The notes under the pieces: generated by a model
Databases searched by the model: none
What the model was told of the DNA's origin: nothing
Seen by the model: the letters and a program-made list of their open reading frames with translations, nothing else
Assembly (NCBI GenBank): GCA_945787655.1
Contig: CALZIJ010000008.1
Coordinates: forward strand, 26,644 to 90,643
DNA from: Nitrospiria bacterium
GTDB lineage: Bacteria > Nitrospirota > Nitrospiria > SBBL01 > JAADHI01
Direction of reading: 5' to 3'
DNA length: 64,000 bases
Shown: piece by piece, positions 36,150 to 44,534 of the stretch
How positions within the stretch are numbered: the first letter of the stretch is position 1
Layout of the letters: every line of letters begins with the position of its first letter
Translations under genes and position numbers: made by a program

Positions 36150-36674
36150 CTATTCCCTTCCAGGTAGTTCACAAATTTGTTTGATAAAAGCGGATAAGGC
36201 GGCCTTGTCACCACTGAGTGCCTCCACCTCTTCTTTGGCTTTGGCGACGGCGGGGATTGCTGTATCCGGAAGAATAACCGACTCACCGGTCACTCTTGCC
36301 CGCGCTTCAACAATCACCCGGATAATAGCGCGGGATAAGACCGGAAGGGCATCCAGTTCACGGAGGGCCCCCTTACTCCATTGCATCTCAGGTTCGGGGA
36401 TCTGCAACTCCACATCCCCGTTAATGATGGCCTGGCACGACAAGCGAAAAGGCGCCGGCAATTCAGCTTCCTCAAGCATGTTTTCTTCGTCCAAATCCAC
36501 TTCACTCAAATTTTCCACGCCGCCCACAACCAGGATACGGCATGTACTGCAGGTTGCAAAACCGCCGCAGTCATGACGGATTTCGATGCCCAATTTCTCT
36601 GAGGCATCGAGGATGGACATTCCTTCGGGGACATCCCCGACCTTGTCCGCTGGATAAATCGAAATCTTTGGCAT
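36150..36674 (-). CDS. 2Fe-2S ferredoxin with ~80-aa C-terminal extension
   Basis: The CGGFATCSTC...LSC cysteine pattern is C-x5-C-x2-C...C. The start was set to the ATG at 36674, after GGGAGG. Confidence 0.8.
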   Translation of the reverse strand: MPKISIYPADKVGDVPEGMSILDASEKLGIEIRHDCGGFATCSTCRILVVGGVENLSEVDLDEENMLEEAELPAPFRLSCQAIINGDVELQIPEPEMQWSKGALRELDALPVLSRAIIRVIVEARARVTGESVILPDTAIPAVAKAKEEVEALSGDKAALSAFIKQICELPGRE

Positions 36675-36771
36675 TCCTTTATTTTCCTCCCTGAAAATGA
36701 GGGAATTATAACGAAGCACACCCCCCAATTCAAGGAAGCGGTTTTTAACTGCCCTTCAAGCGTGACCGGGT

Positions 36772-38349
36772 TTACACCTTGGATTTAAACCCGCGTTCCG
36801 CCAATGCCACCTCCAGATTCATCAGGGCATCCCGACCGGTATTGCCCTCAAAGATATTGGCGATGGAATCATCCGCATAAGTTACGTTTTCAGCCTTTTT
36901 CATGGGGTCACGCGCGGGAGTGGATTTTTCTTTCCACGCCTTCAGACAGGCCTTGGTAATCATTTTACCGAGGGGCGCAGGATTGTACAGCAGCTTCTTG
37001 ATCATTAAAGGATTCATGGATAAAGGGTCATAATTTTTTGGAAGATACCCCTCATCAATTAAACGCTCAGACAGACCGGTATTGGGCTGAATCCCCAGAA
37101 AAAAGAGCGCTGGATAGACTTGGGACTCCCCCATAATATCTACAATCTTTTTGTAGGAAGCCACACTTTCCAGTAAGGTTTCCTCGGTATCTCCCGGTGA
37201 GTTTAGGGAATAGTTTAATATAATGCGCCCTTTATATCCGGCCTCCTTTAAATAACGGCAGCCTTCGTATAATTTGTCCAGACGAAACCCCATCTTCATG
37301 CCATCGAGCACCTCTTGGGAACCCGAAGTGATCGCCACTTCTGTATCCCCCAGTCCGGACTGCACCATGAGCCGGGCCAGCTCCGGGGTAATAAGACTCG
37401 TGCGGATATAGCCGCCCCATTCAATATTCATCCCGCTTTTGATGATCCGCTCCAAAGTCTCGGTACAATGCGGGTAATACTTCGACCCGGGAATCCACTG
37501 GGCATCGGCAAACCAGAACCGCCTGACTCCCCATCGATCATAAAAAGCCTGCATTTCCGCCACCACATTTTCAGCAGGCCGGGTATAAACCCGCTTTCCT
37601 TCAATATAGGTATACAAACAAAACTGACAATCATAGGGGCATCCCCGTTTGGTCTGGATGCCAATCGATTCCAATTTGTAGGCGGCAAACTGCGGAAAAA
37701 TGGATTCAATATAAGCAGGGTCCTGAACGGAAGATTCCAGTTTCACCGGCTCTGCTTGAGTCCCGGTGATGATTTCATCCCCTTTGCGGTAAATACAGCG
37801 GTCCTGCAGAATGGACTGGCCTTCATAGATATGAAGCAGGGCATCCTCGCCCTCACCAATAATCCCGATCACTCCTTCGGGAAGCCGACGAATTACCTCT
37901 TTTGAAAAAACCGAAAAAGCCCCGCCGCCGACAACCATCTGAAGACCGGAGTATTTTTTCGCGATCAAATTAAAATAGGTAAAATGCTCACGTAAATTGT
38001 TGTAATACAGCCACAATGCACGGAGCCCCTGAACCGCGGCAATGCTTTTTTTGATTGGATTCAGGGAATAATAAAAATCGAAGGCATATTGTAACGAGCC
38101 ATCCCCTTCATGCGGCGCAAACATTTGAATATCCCGCCAGGAAAAAGCGATTAAATCCGGCTTGAACGTCTCCACGGTCTCAATCAGTTTCTGATGCCGG
38201 TTTTCAGTTGGAATCAGGGAAAGATCAAGAATATGCTGCGGCGCTTCAGGGTGACGTTCGTGCATAAAATGAGCAAGATAGGTGACACCCAGGGGGTAGA
38301 CCTTCTTACAGGGAAGGAAGACGTAAAGAATCGCTTTTGCTCTCATCAC
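36772..38349 (-). CDS. B12-binding-domain radical SAM enzyme
   Basis: The N-terminal Rossmann-like region has the layout of a B12-binding domain. It is followed by the CPYDCQFC (CxxxCxxC) radical SAM cluster motif. Confidence 0.8.
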   Translation of the reverse strand: MMRAKAILYVFLPCKKVYPLGVTYLAHFMHERHPEAPQHILDLSLIPTENRHQKLIETVETFKPDLIAFSWRDIQMFAPHEGDGSLQYAFDFYYSLNPIKKSIAAVQGLRALWLYYNNLREHFTYFNLIAKKYSGLQMVVGGGAFSVFSKEVIRRLPEGVIGIIGEGEDALLHIYEGQSILQDRCIYRKGDEIITGTQAEPVKLESSVQDPAYIESIFPQFAAYKLESIGIQTKRGCPYDCQFCLYTYIEGKRVYTRPAENVVAEMQAFYDRWGVRRFWFADAQWIPGSKYYPHCTETLERIIKSGMNIEWGGYIRTSLITPELARLMVQSGLGDTEVAITSGSQEVLDGMKMGFRLDKLYEGCRYLKEAGYKGRIILNYSLNSPGDTEETLLESVASYKKIVDIMGESQVYPALFFLGIQPNTGLSERLIDEGYLPKNYDPLSMNPLMIKKLLYNPAPLGKMITKACLKAWKEKSTPARDPMKKAENVTYADDSIANIFEGNTGRDALMNLEVALAERGFKSKV

Positions 38350-38555
38350 TGCCTCAAATGGGAATAACCTAACATGGCATACGGCTCGGCTTCAAGCGCA
38401 GATTCAAAGGGCGGGGCCTTCTATTCATTCCAATCATTTTATTTGACAAGGAGAAGAACGATCATATAAATTTCGAGATAGTAAAAATCTGTCACCATAA
38501 TATCAACGATGCACTGGACCACCCTGGACCCAAACAATAAGGAGGATAGAAAGAG

Positions 38556-39137
38556 ATGGTATTAGTTAACAAAGAAGCACCTGATTTTACAGCAAAAGCT
38601 GTGATCGGAGACAAAACAGTCGATGATTTTAAACTCTCCGATCTTCGCGGGAAATATGTTGTTATGTTTTTCTACCCGCTCGATTTTACTTTTGTCTGTC
38701 CAACAGAGCTGCATGCCTTTCAGGACAAGCTTGAAGAGTTTAAAAAGAGGAATGTTGAAGTCATCGGCGTTTCAACAGATTCCTGGTTTTCCCATCACGC
38801 CTGGCTCAACACCCCCAGGAGTCAGGGCGGAATTCAAGGCGTAACCTACCCTATCGTCTCTGACTTTAACAAAACCATTGCCAGAGATTATGACGTTCTG
38901 TTTGAAGATCTCGGCGCCGCCTATCGCGGCCTCTTTTTAATCGACAAAGACGGCATCGTGCAGCACCAGGTGGTCAACAACCTGCCGCTGGGGCGCAGTA
39001 CCACTGAAGCCCTTCGAATGGTCGAAGCCCTTCAGTTTTTTGAAAAACATGGTGAAGTCTGCCCCGCAGACTGGCAAGAAGGCGCCAAAGCCATGAAACC
39101 GGACGAAAGCGGATTAAAAGAATATTTCGCAGAATAA
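38556..39137 (+). CDS. ahpC: Typical 2-Cys peroxiredoxin (AhpC/Prx1 family)
   Basis: FTFVCPTE contains the peroxidatic Cys. The C-terminal GEVCPADW contains the resolving Cys. RBS AAGGAGG. Confidence 0.9.
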   Translation: MVLVNKEAPDFTAKAVIGDKTVDDFKLSDLRGKYVVMFFYPLDFTFVCPTELHAFQDKLEEFKKRNVEVIGVSTDSWFSHHAWLNTPRSQGGIQGVTYPIVSDFNKTIARDYDVLFEDLGAAYRGLFLIDKDGIVQHQVVNNLPLGRSTTEALRMVEALQFFEKHGEVCPADWQEGAKAMKPDESGLKEYFAE

Positions 39138-39144
39138 GTTTATT

Positions 39145-39168
39145 CGGGGCCCTTACCCAAGGGCCCCG
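39145..39168 (+). terminator. Perfect 10-bp GC hairpin after the peroxiredoxin gene (no clear U-tract)
   Basis: cggggccctt accc aagggccccg, 8 nt after the stop codon. Confidence 0.4.
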
Positions 39169-39320
39169 ATACCCTTCCCCTCCATTCATCCCCCATCGTC
39201 CACAATTCAGAACAAGGATCTGATTCTCACAAGATCAACTATTCTAAACAAGGGCTTGACAGAACCCCCTCATTTACGGTTTATTCAAAGGCTTTAGTAA
39301 GGGCACCAACCCGGTCAATT

Positions 39321-40520
39321 TTGAAAGGATCGATGCGTATGAAAAAATCACGAACCCAGATTTTGCTGACCCTTTGGAAATGGTCGGCCATTATTTTGAC
39401 CATTGTTGTCGTTTCAATGGTTCTTTTCAAAAGAGAAAAACCCGTTTCTAAAAAACAAACTCCCACCATTATTAAAGACAGCAAAGACCCGATGCCCAAG
39501 CAAGTGAAGGCCGAAATCGACCCGGAAACCCTCATGACGCCAGAAGCACTCGTCAAAGCCGGGGAAAAACTGATTTTCTCAACCGAAGGCCCTCAACTCA
39601 ATGATATGGGCCGTTTTCCGGTGGGCAAGGGACAGTGCGCATTTTGTCATCTTTTTGCGGAAGAACAGAAATTAACCCGTTGTCCCGACCTGAGAACCAT
39701 CGAAACACGCTCTCACGAGCGCATCAAAGAGGCGCGTTACGCGGCATTCACAAAACAATATGCCGACGCGCCAGACCCGGTTTCACAACTGAAACCCAAA
39801 GCGACAACAGGGGGAGAGTACTTAATTGAATCACTCTATTGCCCGAACTGTTATGTTGTGGAAGGCTTTGGAAAAGAAGGCAGTCACGATCAGGAAAGCC
39901 CAATGCCGATCGTATCTGAAATGCCCATGCTCCTGAACGACTACGAAATGGTGGCCGTAGCGGCCTATCTGCAAGCCATGGATACGCCGGATGATTATTC
40001 GAAAGTCACGGCCCGGGCGGATTGGGAACGCTATTTCAACCGTAAACTGGAAGTCGGAGAAGACAAGAGACCTGTCGTTCAAGCGTCAGAAAATTTAACA
40101 AAGACTGCTTTGCTTGAAGATCCTCCTGAAGTCATTATTGAAAAAATGGGCTGCTTTGTTTGTCATAAAATCCCGACGGTTCCGATTGCCACAACCGGCC
40201 TGATTGGGCCCGTACTCACCATGAAGACCAAGGCCATCGAAAGAATTAATTCGCCCGAATACCTAAGCGCGGTGGAAATGAACCGGGCCAGGGCGGTGAC
40301 ACCGAGAGAGTATGTCCTGGAGTCCATACTCGATCCGGCGGCTTTCGTTGTACCCGGATTCGGAGACGGAGACGGTATGCCCACTGATTATGGACGAAAA
40401 TTCACCGTTGGCGCTCTCAATAAACTGGTGAACTTCCTCCTGACACTCGATGAAAATTCAGGGAAAAATCCTGACGGAACAGAACCCTCTAAACCAGGAA
40501 GCGCCTCAAAACGGGATTAG
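39321..40520 (+). CDS. Membrane-anchored diheme cytochrome c (paralogue of 27427..28707)
   Basis: CAFCH and CFVCH heme motifs. The blocks GKGQC..CH, SHERIKE.RY, GGEYLIESLYCPNCYVVEGFG and REYVLESILDPAAFVVPGF are collinear with the operon copy. Confidence 0.8.
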   Translation: MKGSMRMKKSRTQILLTLWKWSAIILTIVVVSMVLFKREKPVSKKQTPTIIKDSKDPMPKQVKAEIDPETLMTPEALVKAGEKLIFSTEGPQLNDMGRFPVGKGQCAFCHLFAEEQKLTRCPDLRTIETRSHERIKEARYAAFTKQYADAPDPVSQLKPKATTGGEYLIESLYCPNCYVVEGFGKEGSHDQESPMPIVSEMPMLLNDYEMVAVAAYLQAMDTPDDYSKVTARADWERYFNRKLEVGEDKRPVVQASENLTKTALLEDPPEVIIEKMGCFVCHKIPTVPIATTGLIGPVLTMKTKAIERINSPEYLSAVEMNRARAVTPREYVLESILDPAAFVVPGFGDGDGMPTDYGRKFTVGALNKLVNFLLTLDENSGKNPDGTEPSKPGSASKRD

Positions 40521-40568
40521 GATGGGGACAGAGGCCCCGGGCTTCAATCCCCCGCCTCTGTCCTTTTC

Positions 40569-40597
40569 TTGACATCAAATAAACGCGATGATATCCT
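40569..40597 (+). promoter_or_regulatory. Sigma70-type promoter candidate for tRNA-Ala
   Basis: TTGACA (40569-40574), a 17-nt spacer, then TATCCT (40592-40597), about 20 nt before the tRNA 5' end. Confidence 0.45.
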
Positions 40598-40618
40598 CCC
40601 CAGCACATGAGATTCGAT

Positions 40619-40694
40619 GGGGCTGTAGCTCAGCTGGGAGAGCACAAGGCTGGCAGTCTTGGGGTCAGGGGTTCGATCCCCCTCAGCTCCACCA
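40619..40694 (+). tRNA. tRNA-Ala (anticodon GGC)
   Basis: Cloverleaf folded by hand. The acceptor stem GGGGCTG/CAGCTCC carries the G3:U70 alanine identity pair. The anticodon loop is CTGGCAG. The T-loop is GGTTCGATCC, and CCA is encoded. Confidence 0.93.
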
Positions 40695-40816
40695 ATCTTT
40701 GCTTTACTGTTGGATGAATTCCTTGTTTTACCCTGAAGAAACACGCCAAAGCCTTTCCCCCTTCTTTTCTCATTTAATATCGATTTATCCGTGAGATTTT
40801 TCCGCCATTCGATATA

Positions 40817-41638
40817 ATGAGTAGTGTTATGAAAAAATATCTATTGTTGACAAGCGTGTTTTTCTTTTCCCTGCAATCCCACACACTTGTCTTTTCCCAA
40901 ACAAAAGAGCCCCTTAAAAAGGAACACAAGGGATTTACCCTGTGGCTGGACTGTGAGACACAGCATGGTGCGCTTGCCTTTTATTATGCTCTGGGAAAAG
41001 ACCGGGGAAATCTCGACTTAAAATCCCGGCCGTATCGTTTTGATCCCAAAATCCCGACATCCTGTCAACCGCAAACCTGGCGGTCATACAACACCACCAC
41101 AGTGAACCCCTCGGAAGGCACCTGGGATCGCGGACAACTGGTTCCCAGTAATCACATGGATGCAAACCGGAGCACCTTAAAAGAATCGTACTATTTAAGT
41201 AACACCCTTCCCCTGAACTCGATCTTTAATCAACCCGGAGGGGCTTGGTACAAGACTGTTCTGATCACGGAGTGTTACCGGGACATTACCCGTTTAAAAA
41301 TATGGGGCGGGGTCATTTGGGGAAAAAATGAAGACAATGATTTTTTTACTGTCACGCACGGGATCAAAACACCCGACTTTCTATGGAAACTCATCTACCG
41401 GGAAGATAAAAAGGAATATGTGGCCTGGATTTTTCCCAATCACTGGTCCACAAAAGACACTAAAATGGATGATTACCTCATTGCTCTGGATAAATTAAAA
41501 GCGGCCGTCGATTTCATTCCAGAGCTTCCCGCAGCGATTCTTTCCGGAAAAGGCGTTACCGTATCCAGCGCCAGCTGGCCGGTGGAACAATCTGAAAAAA
41601 CCCTCAGCTGTGAAGGCCGCAGCACGTCCATTGATTGA
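40817..41638 (+). CDS. Secreted DNA/RNA non-specific endonuclease family homologue with a variant active-site motif
   Basis: Signal peptide present. WDRGQLVPSNH compares with EndoG/NucA DRGHLAAAANH. LSNTLPLNSIFNQPGGAW compares with Serratia nuclease LSNITPQ...NQGAW. Confidence 0.65.
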   Translation: MSSVMKKYLLLTSVFFFSLQSHTLVFSQTKEPLKKEHKGFTLWLDCETQHGALAFYYALGKDRGNLDLKSRPYRFDPKIPTSCQPQTWRSYNTTTVNPSEGTWDRGQLVPSNHMDANRSTLKESYYLSNTLPLNSIFNQPGGAWYKTVLITECYRDITRLKIWGGVIWGKNEDNDFFTVTHGIKTPDFLWKLIYREDKKEYVAWIFPNHWSTKDTKMDDYLIALDKLKAAVDFIPELPAAILSGKGVTVSSASWPVEQSEKTLSCEGRSTSID

Positions 41639-41665
41639 AAACACTTTAACCCCGAATGAGAGCTT

Positions 41666-42676
41666 ATGCATTCTGACTCCCTTCAAAACGTGCTGATACG
41701 TCATTTAAAAGACATCGCCACACTTGTCTTTGAGCATACCACGCAACACCATGCCATGATTATTTACGACGAAGCCTCCCCTCTTGCTCGCCGGCTGACC
41801 GAAGCCTATCAAACACTCCTGCCGCAGGCAGAAAGTATCAATTTTGATCAAACGGCACAGGACACCATCCTGTCGCGATTCGAAGCCCTTAAGCCTGGTG
41901 ACTGGGTCATATTGATTCAATCCACCAGTTTCCGGCTGAGCAAATTCAGAATCCGGCTTGAGCTTTTTCACCGCGGCCTTAAAGTCATCGAACATCCTCA
42001 TCTTGCCCGGATCAAAGATTCTGAAATTGAAACCTATATCGCGTCACTGGCCTATGACCCCGGCTATTACCGGACCCTTGGACCGCGCCTAAAAGCACAG
42101 ATTGATGTAGCACAACAAATTAAAATTAAAGGGGAAGCCGCTACTTTACTTTATGACACCCCGTTTTTAGGTGCAAAACTGAATATCGGAGAGTATACCG
42201 GCATGCGTAATATGGGCGGCCAATTTCCAATTGGAGAGGTTTTTACCGAACCCCGGGATCACAAACAGGTCAATGGTACTGTAGAAATATTTGCTTTTGG
42301 TGATGCCCGATTTAGTGTGAATATCCCGGAGAAACCCTTTTCCGTCCAAATTGAAAACGGCCAGATCACGGCATGTCATCATGCCCCTCAAGGCTTTCAA
42401 ACCGTACTTCAAGACATCCGGGAAAAAGAAGGGGTGGTTTGGGTTCGGGAGTTGGGGTTTGGCCTGAACCGGGCCATGACCCGCACACAAAGCCTTACCG
42501 ATATTGGTGCCTACGAGCGCATGTGCGGCATTCATCTCTCACTGGGCACAAAACACCTGCAATACAAAAAACCGGAATTTCCCAATAAGGGCGGGTGTCA
42601 CGTTGATGTCTTCCTCGTCGCCAGAAAAGCAGAAATAGACGGGATTGCCGTCTACGAATCAGACCGCTATCTTTAA
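41666..42676 (+). CDS. M29-like (aminopeptidase T/PepS-like) protein
   Basis: GGQFPIGEVFTEP, ELGFGLN and HLSLG blocks resemble peptidase M29 as I recall it. The protein is shorter than typical members. Confidence 0.45.
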   Translation: MHSDSLQNVLIRHLKDIATLVFEHTTQHHAMIIYDEASPLARRLTEAYQTLLPQAESINFDQTAQDTILSRFEALKPGDWVILIQSTSFRLSKFRIRLELFHRGLKVIEHPHLARIKDSEIETYIASLAYDPGYYRTLGPRLKAQIDVAQQIKIKGEAATLLYDTPFLGAKLNIGEYTGMRNMGGQFPIGEVFTEPRDHKQVNGTVEIFAFGDARFSVNIPEKPFSVQIENGQITACHHAPQGFQTVLQDIREKEGVVWVRELGFGLNRAMTRTQSLTDIGAYERMCGIHLSLGTKHLQYKKPEFPNKGGCHVDVFLVARKAEIDGIAVYESDRYL

Positions 42677-42684
42677 TATCATCC

Positions 42685-44121
42685 TCAAACACCGTCACGG
42701 GCGATTTCTTCAATTTCCCGATTCGCGCGAATCGCGAGCGGACTGCCCGGCTCCAGCAAGTTTAGCGCATTCTGAAACTGGGTGATGGCCTTAGCGGGAT
42801 TAAGGTCCAAGCGGTAATATCGCCCAAGGTGGAATTTTTCTTTTCCAAGCTGGGCAATCGCATGATAGGACCGGGCAAGCTGAAGGTGGACAAAAGCGTA
42901 GTCCGGAGCAAGGTTTTTTGCGGCTTCAAGCTGGGGTACTGCCCCTTGATGATTGTTTTCACTCTGGGCAATCATGCCTAAAACCAGGTAAGGGACAGGG
43001 TTCGTTGTCGATCGTCGGATACTTTCCAAGGCCGCAGACTTCGCCAAGGCCGCCTCTTGAAGCTGCATCCACAGGTAGGCAAGGTCCGCATGATAGACCG
43101 CCTGGCCCGGATCTCGGCGAATCGCCTCCTGATAAAGCGTGACGGCTTCTTGTAACTGTCCTCGCCGCGATAAAGAAAGTCCCTTTAAATACACTTGACG
43201 CGGTGTATCTTCCCCATCCGGCTTAAGCTCCCCGTTTGAGGGCTGATTCGTTATGGATTGATTCTGTTCTCCAGACAATATGGCCCTGATCCGGCCCCAA
43301 TCCCGATTCCAATCCGGCAACGGATGCTTTTTACTTCCCCCTTTTTCAGGAAAATCCTTCATGAGGGTTTCGACCATAAAACGCCGCTCGCTTAGCCCGG
43401 GGTGTGTTGAGAAATATGGCGGCTCCACGCCTCGGGTGAATCCGGCATAAAAGGACAAGGTTTCAAAAAATTCCGCCAGTCCCATCGGATCATACTCGGT
43501 CCTTTTAAGATATTCGATGGCATGAATATCAGCGTCTTCTTCATTTTCCCGGCTAAATTTAAGTTGCATTGAAATATTGGCTGCAGCGGCAATCGTTCCT
43601 GTTGCAGCCACTTCCTGCCCTGTCAGGCCCGCAATAAGAATCGATGCAATCGTGGCCAAACTCATCGCTGTCATCTTTTTTTCATCCTTGAAAAAATGAT
43701 TTCGTTGCACATGGGCGATTTCATGCGCCAACACACCCGCCAAGGCATCCACTGATTTCAATTCCTGAAGCAAGCCATCAAAAAGAAAGATATATCCGCC
43801 AGGGACAGCAAAGGCATTGAGTTGATTGTGGCGGACCACAAAAAAATGAAATTTTGAAGGGTCCTCGCCTATACCCTCTAAAATCGCCCGGCTGACGGCA
43901 TTGACTTGAGAAAGCACTTCATAGTCCTTCACAAAAGCGAATTCCTTGAGGGCGGCCTGCATAAATTGACGGCCAAGCTCCTTTTCCCGGCTCACAGAGG
44001 GGGATTGAACCGTTTTCACACTGTGCCCGCTTCCTGTTCCAGGGGGTGGAGACTTAGGGACAGACGGTCCCCCTGCGCATGCTGTAAGAAGAACCAAGGA
44101 CAAAGTCATCAAGTGTTTCAT
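42685..44121 (-). CDS. M48 zinc metalloprotease with C-terminal TPR domain (BepA/YfgC-like), lipoprotein
   Basis: MKHLMTLSLVLLTAC contains a lipobox. HEIAHV is the HExxH motif. TPR repeats occupy the C-terminal half. Confidence 0.8.
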   Translation of the reverse strand: MKHLMTLSLVLLTACAGGPSVPKSPPPGTGSGHSVKTVQSPSVSREKELGRQFMQAALKEFAFVKDYEVLSQVNAVSRAILEGIGEDPSKFHFFVVRHNQLNAFAVPGGYIFLFDGLLQELKSVDALAGVLAHEIAHVQRNHFFKDEKKMTAMSLATIASILIAGLTGQEVAATGTIAAAANISMQLKFSRENEEDADIHAIEYLKRTEYDPMGLAEFFETLSFYAGFTRGVEPPYFSTHPGLSERRFMVETLMKDFPEKGGSKKHPLPDWNRDWGRIRAILSGEQNQSITNQPSNGELKPDGEDTPRQVYLKGLSLSRRGQLQEAVTLYQEAIRRDPGQAVYHADLAYLWMQLQEAALAKSAALESIRRSTTNPVPYLVLGMIAQSENNHQGAVPQLEAAKNLAPDYAFVHLQLARSYHAIAQLGKEKFHLGRYYRLDLNPAKAITQFQNALNLLEPGSPLAIRANREIEEIARDGV

Positions 44122-44196
44122 TGAAATTTATCACCGTTTCGTAGGGATTGAGAACGAACAAAAAGCTGAAAGGTCAAGATGTCTACGAGGTTATTC

Positions 44197-44226
44197 ATGC
44201 TACCATTCCACAGAAAAATATGTCAA
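44197..44226 (-). promoter_or_regulatory. Sigma70-type promoter candidate for the M48 protease gene
   Basis: On the minus strand: TTGACA (44226-44221), an 18-nt spacer, then TAGCAT (44202-44197). Confidence 0.4.
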
Positions 44227-44468
44227 CAAAGGTCCCTTTTCAGTGTATCCCATTAGAGCAAAGCCGTCCGGATCTTCCAGTTTCAGAGATGGATTAAAAT
44301 TCAGCTTTTAAGCACTGTCTTTATTTTCAGCATTCTGCTGTTCTGCCTGAATTATTGGAGGACTCTTTTTCTCAATCCCCACTTTCCCACAGCTTTTCCA
44401 CTTTTGGTGTTGAAAACTTTAGACCACTCCTTTTTTAAATGTAAAAGAAGACGTTTATTCGCCGTTCG

Positions 44469-44498
44469 TTGACTTCATTTAAAAAGACCCTCTATAAT
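44469..44498 (+). promoter_or_regulatory. Near-consensus sigma70 promoter for the DUF512-aroE unit
   Basis: TTGACT (44469-44474), an 18-nt spacer, then TATAAT (44493-44498). Confidence 0.55.
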
Positions 44499-44534
44499 TT
44501 CAAATTTTAACAGGTTTTTGAGGGGGAAGAATCC

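Noticed and set aside
37315-37905. Long antisense ORFs inside well-supported genes (196 aa at 37315..37905, 194 aa at 18749..19333, 181 aa at 47164..47709, 153 aa at 54749..55210).
   Set aside because: They lie opposite conserved coding sequence (radical SAM, GspE-like, pilB, ispE). They lack RBSs and have shadow-ORF composition.
40544-40794. ORFs 40544..40744 (-) and 40588..40794 (+).
   Set aside because: Both run straight through tRNA-Ala(GGC) (40619..40694), so they are artefacts. The same applies to 55430..55615 (-) and 55457..55639 (+), which run over tRNA-Gln.
44227-44468. An unexplained ~240-nt intergenic stretch upstream of the DUF512 promoter, considered as a possible ncRNA or small ORF.
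   Set aside because: I could find no convincing stem-loops, no terminator, no RBS + start pair and no recognisable RNA family signature. It is left unannotated.
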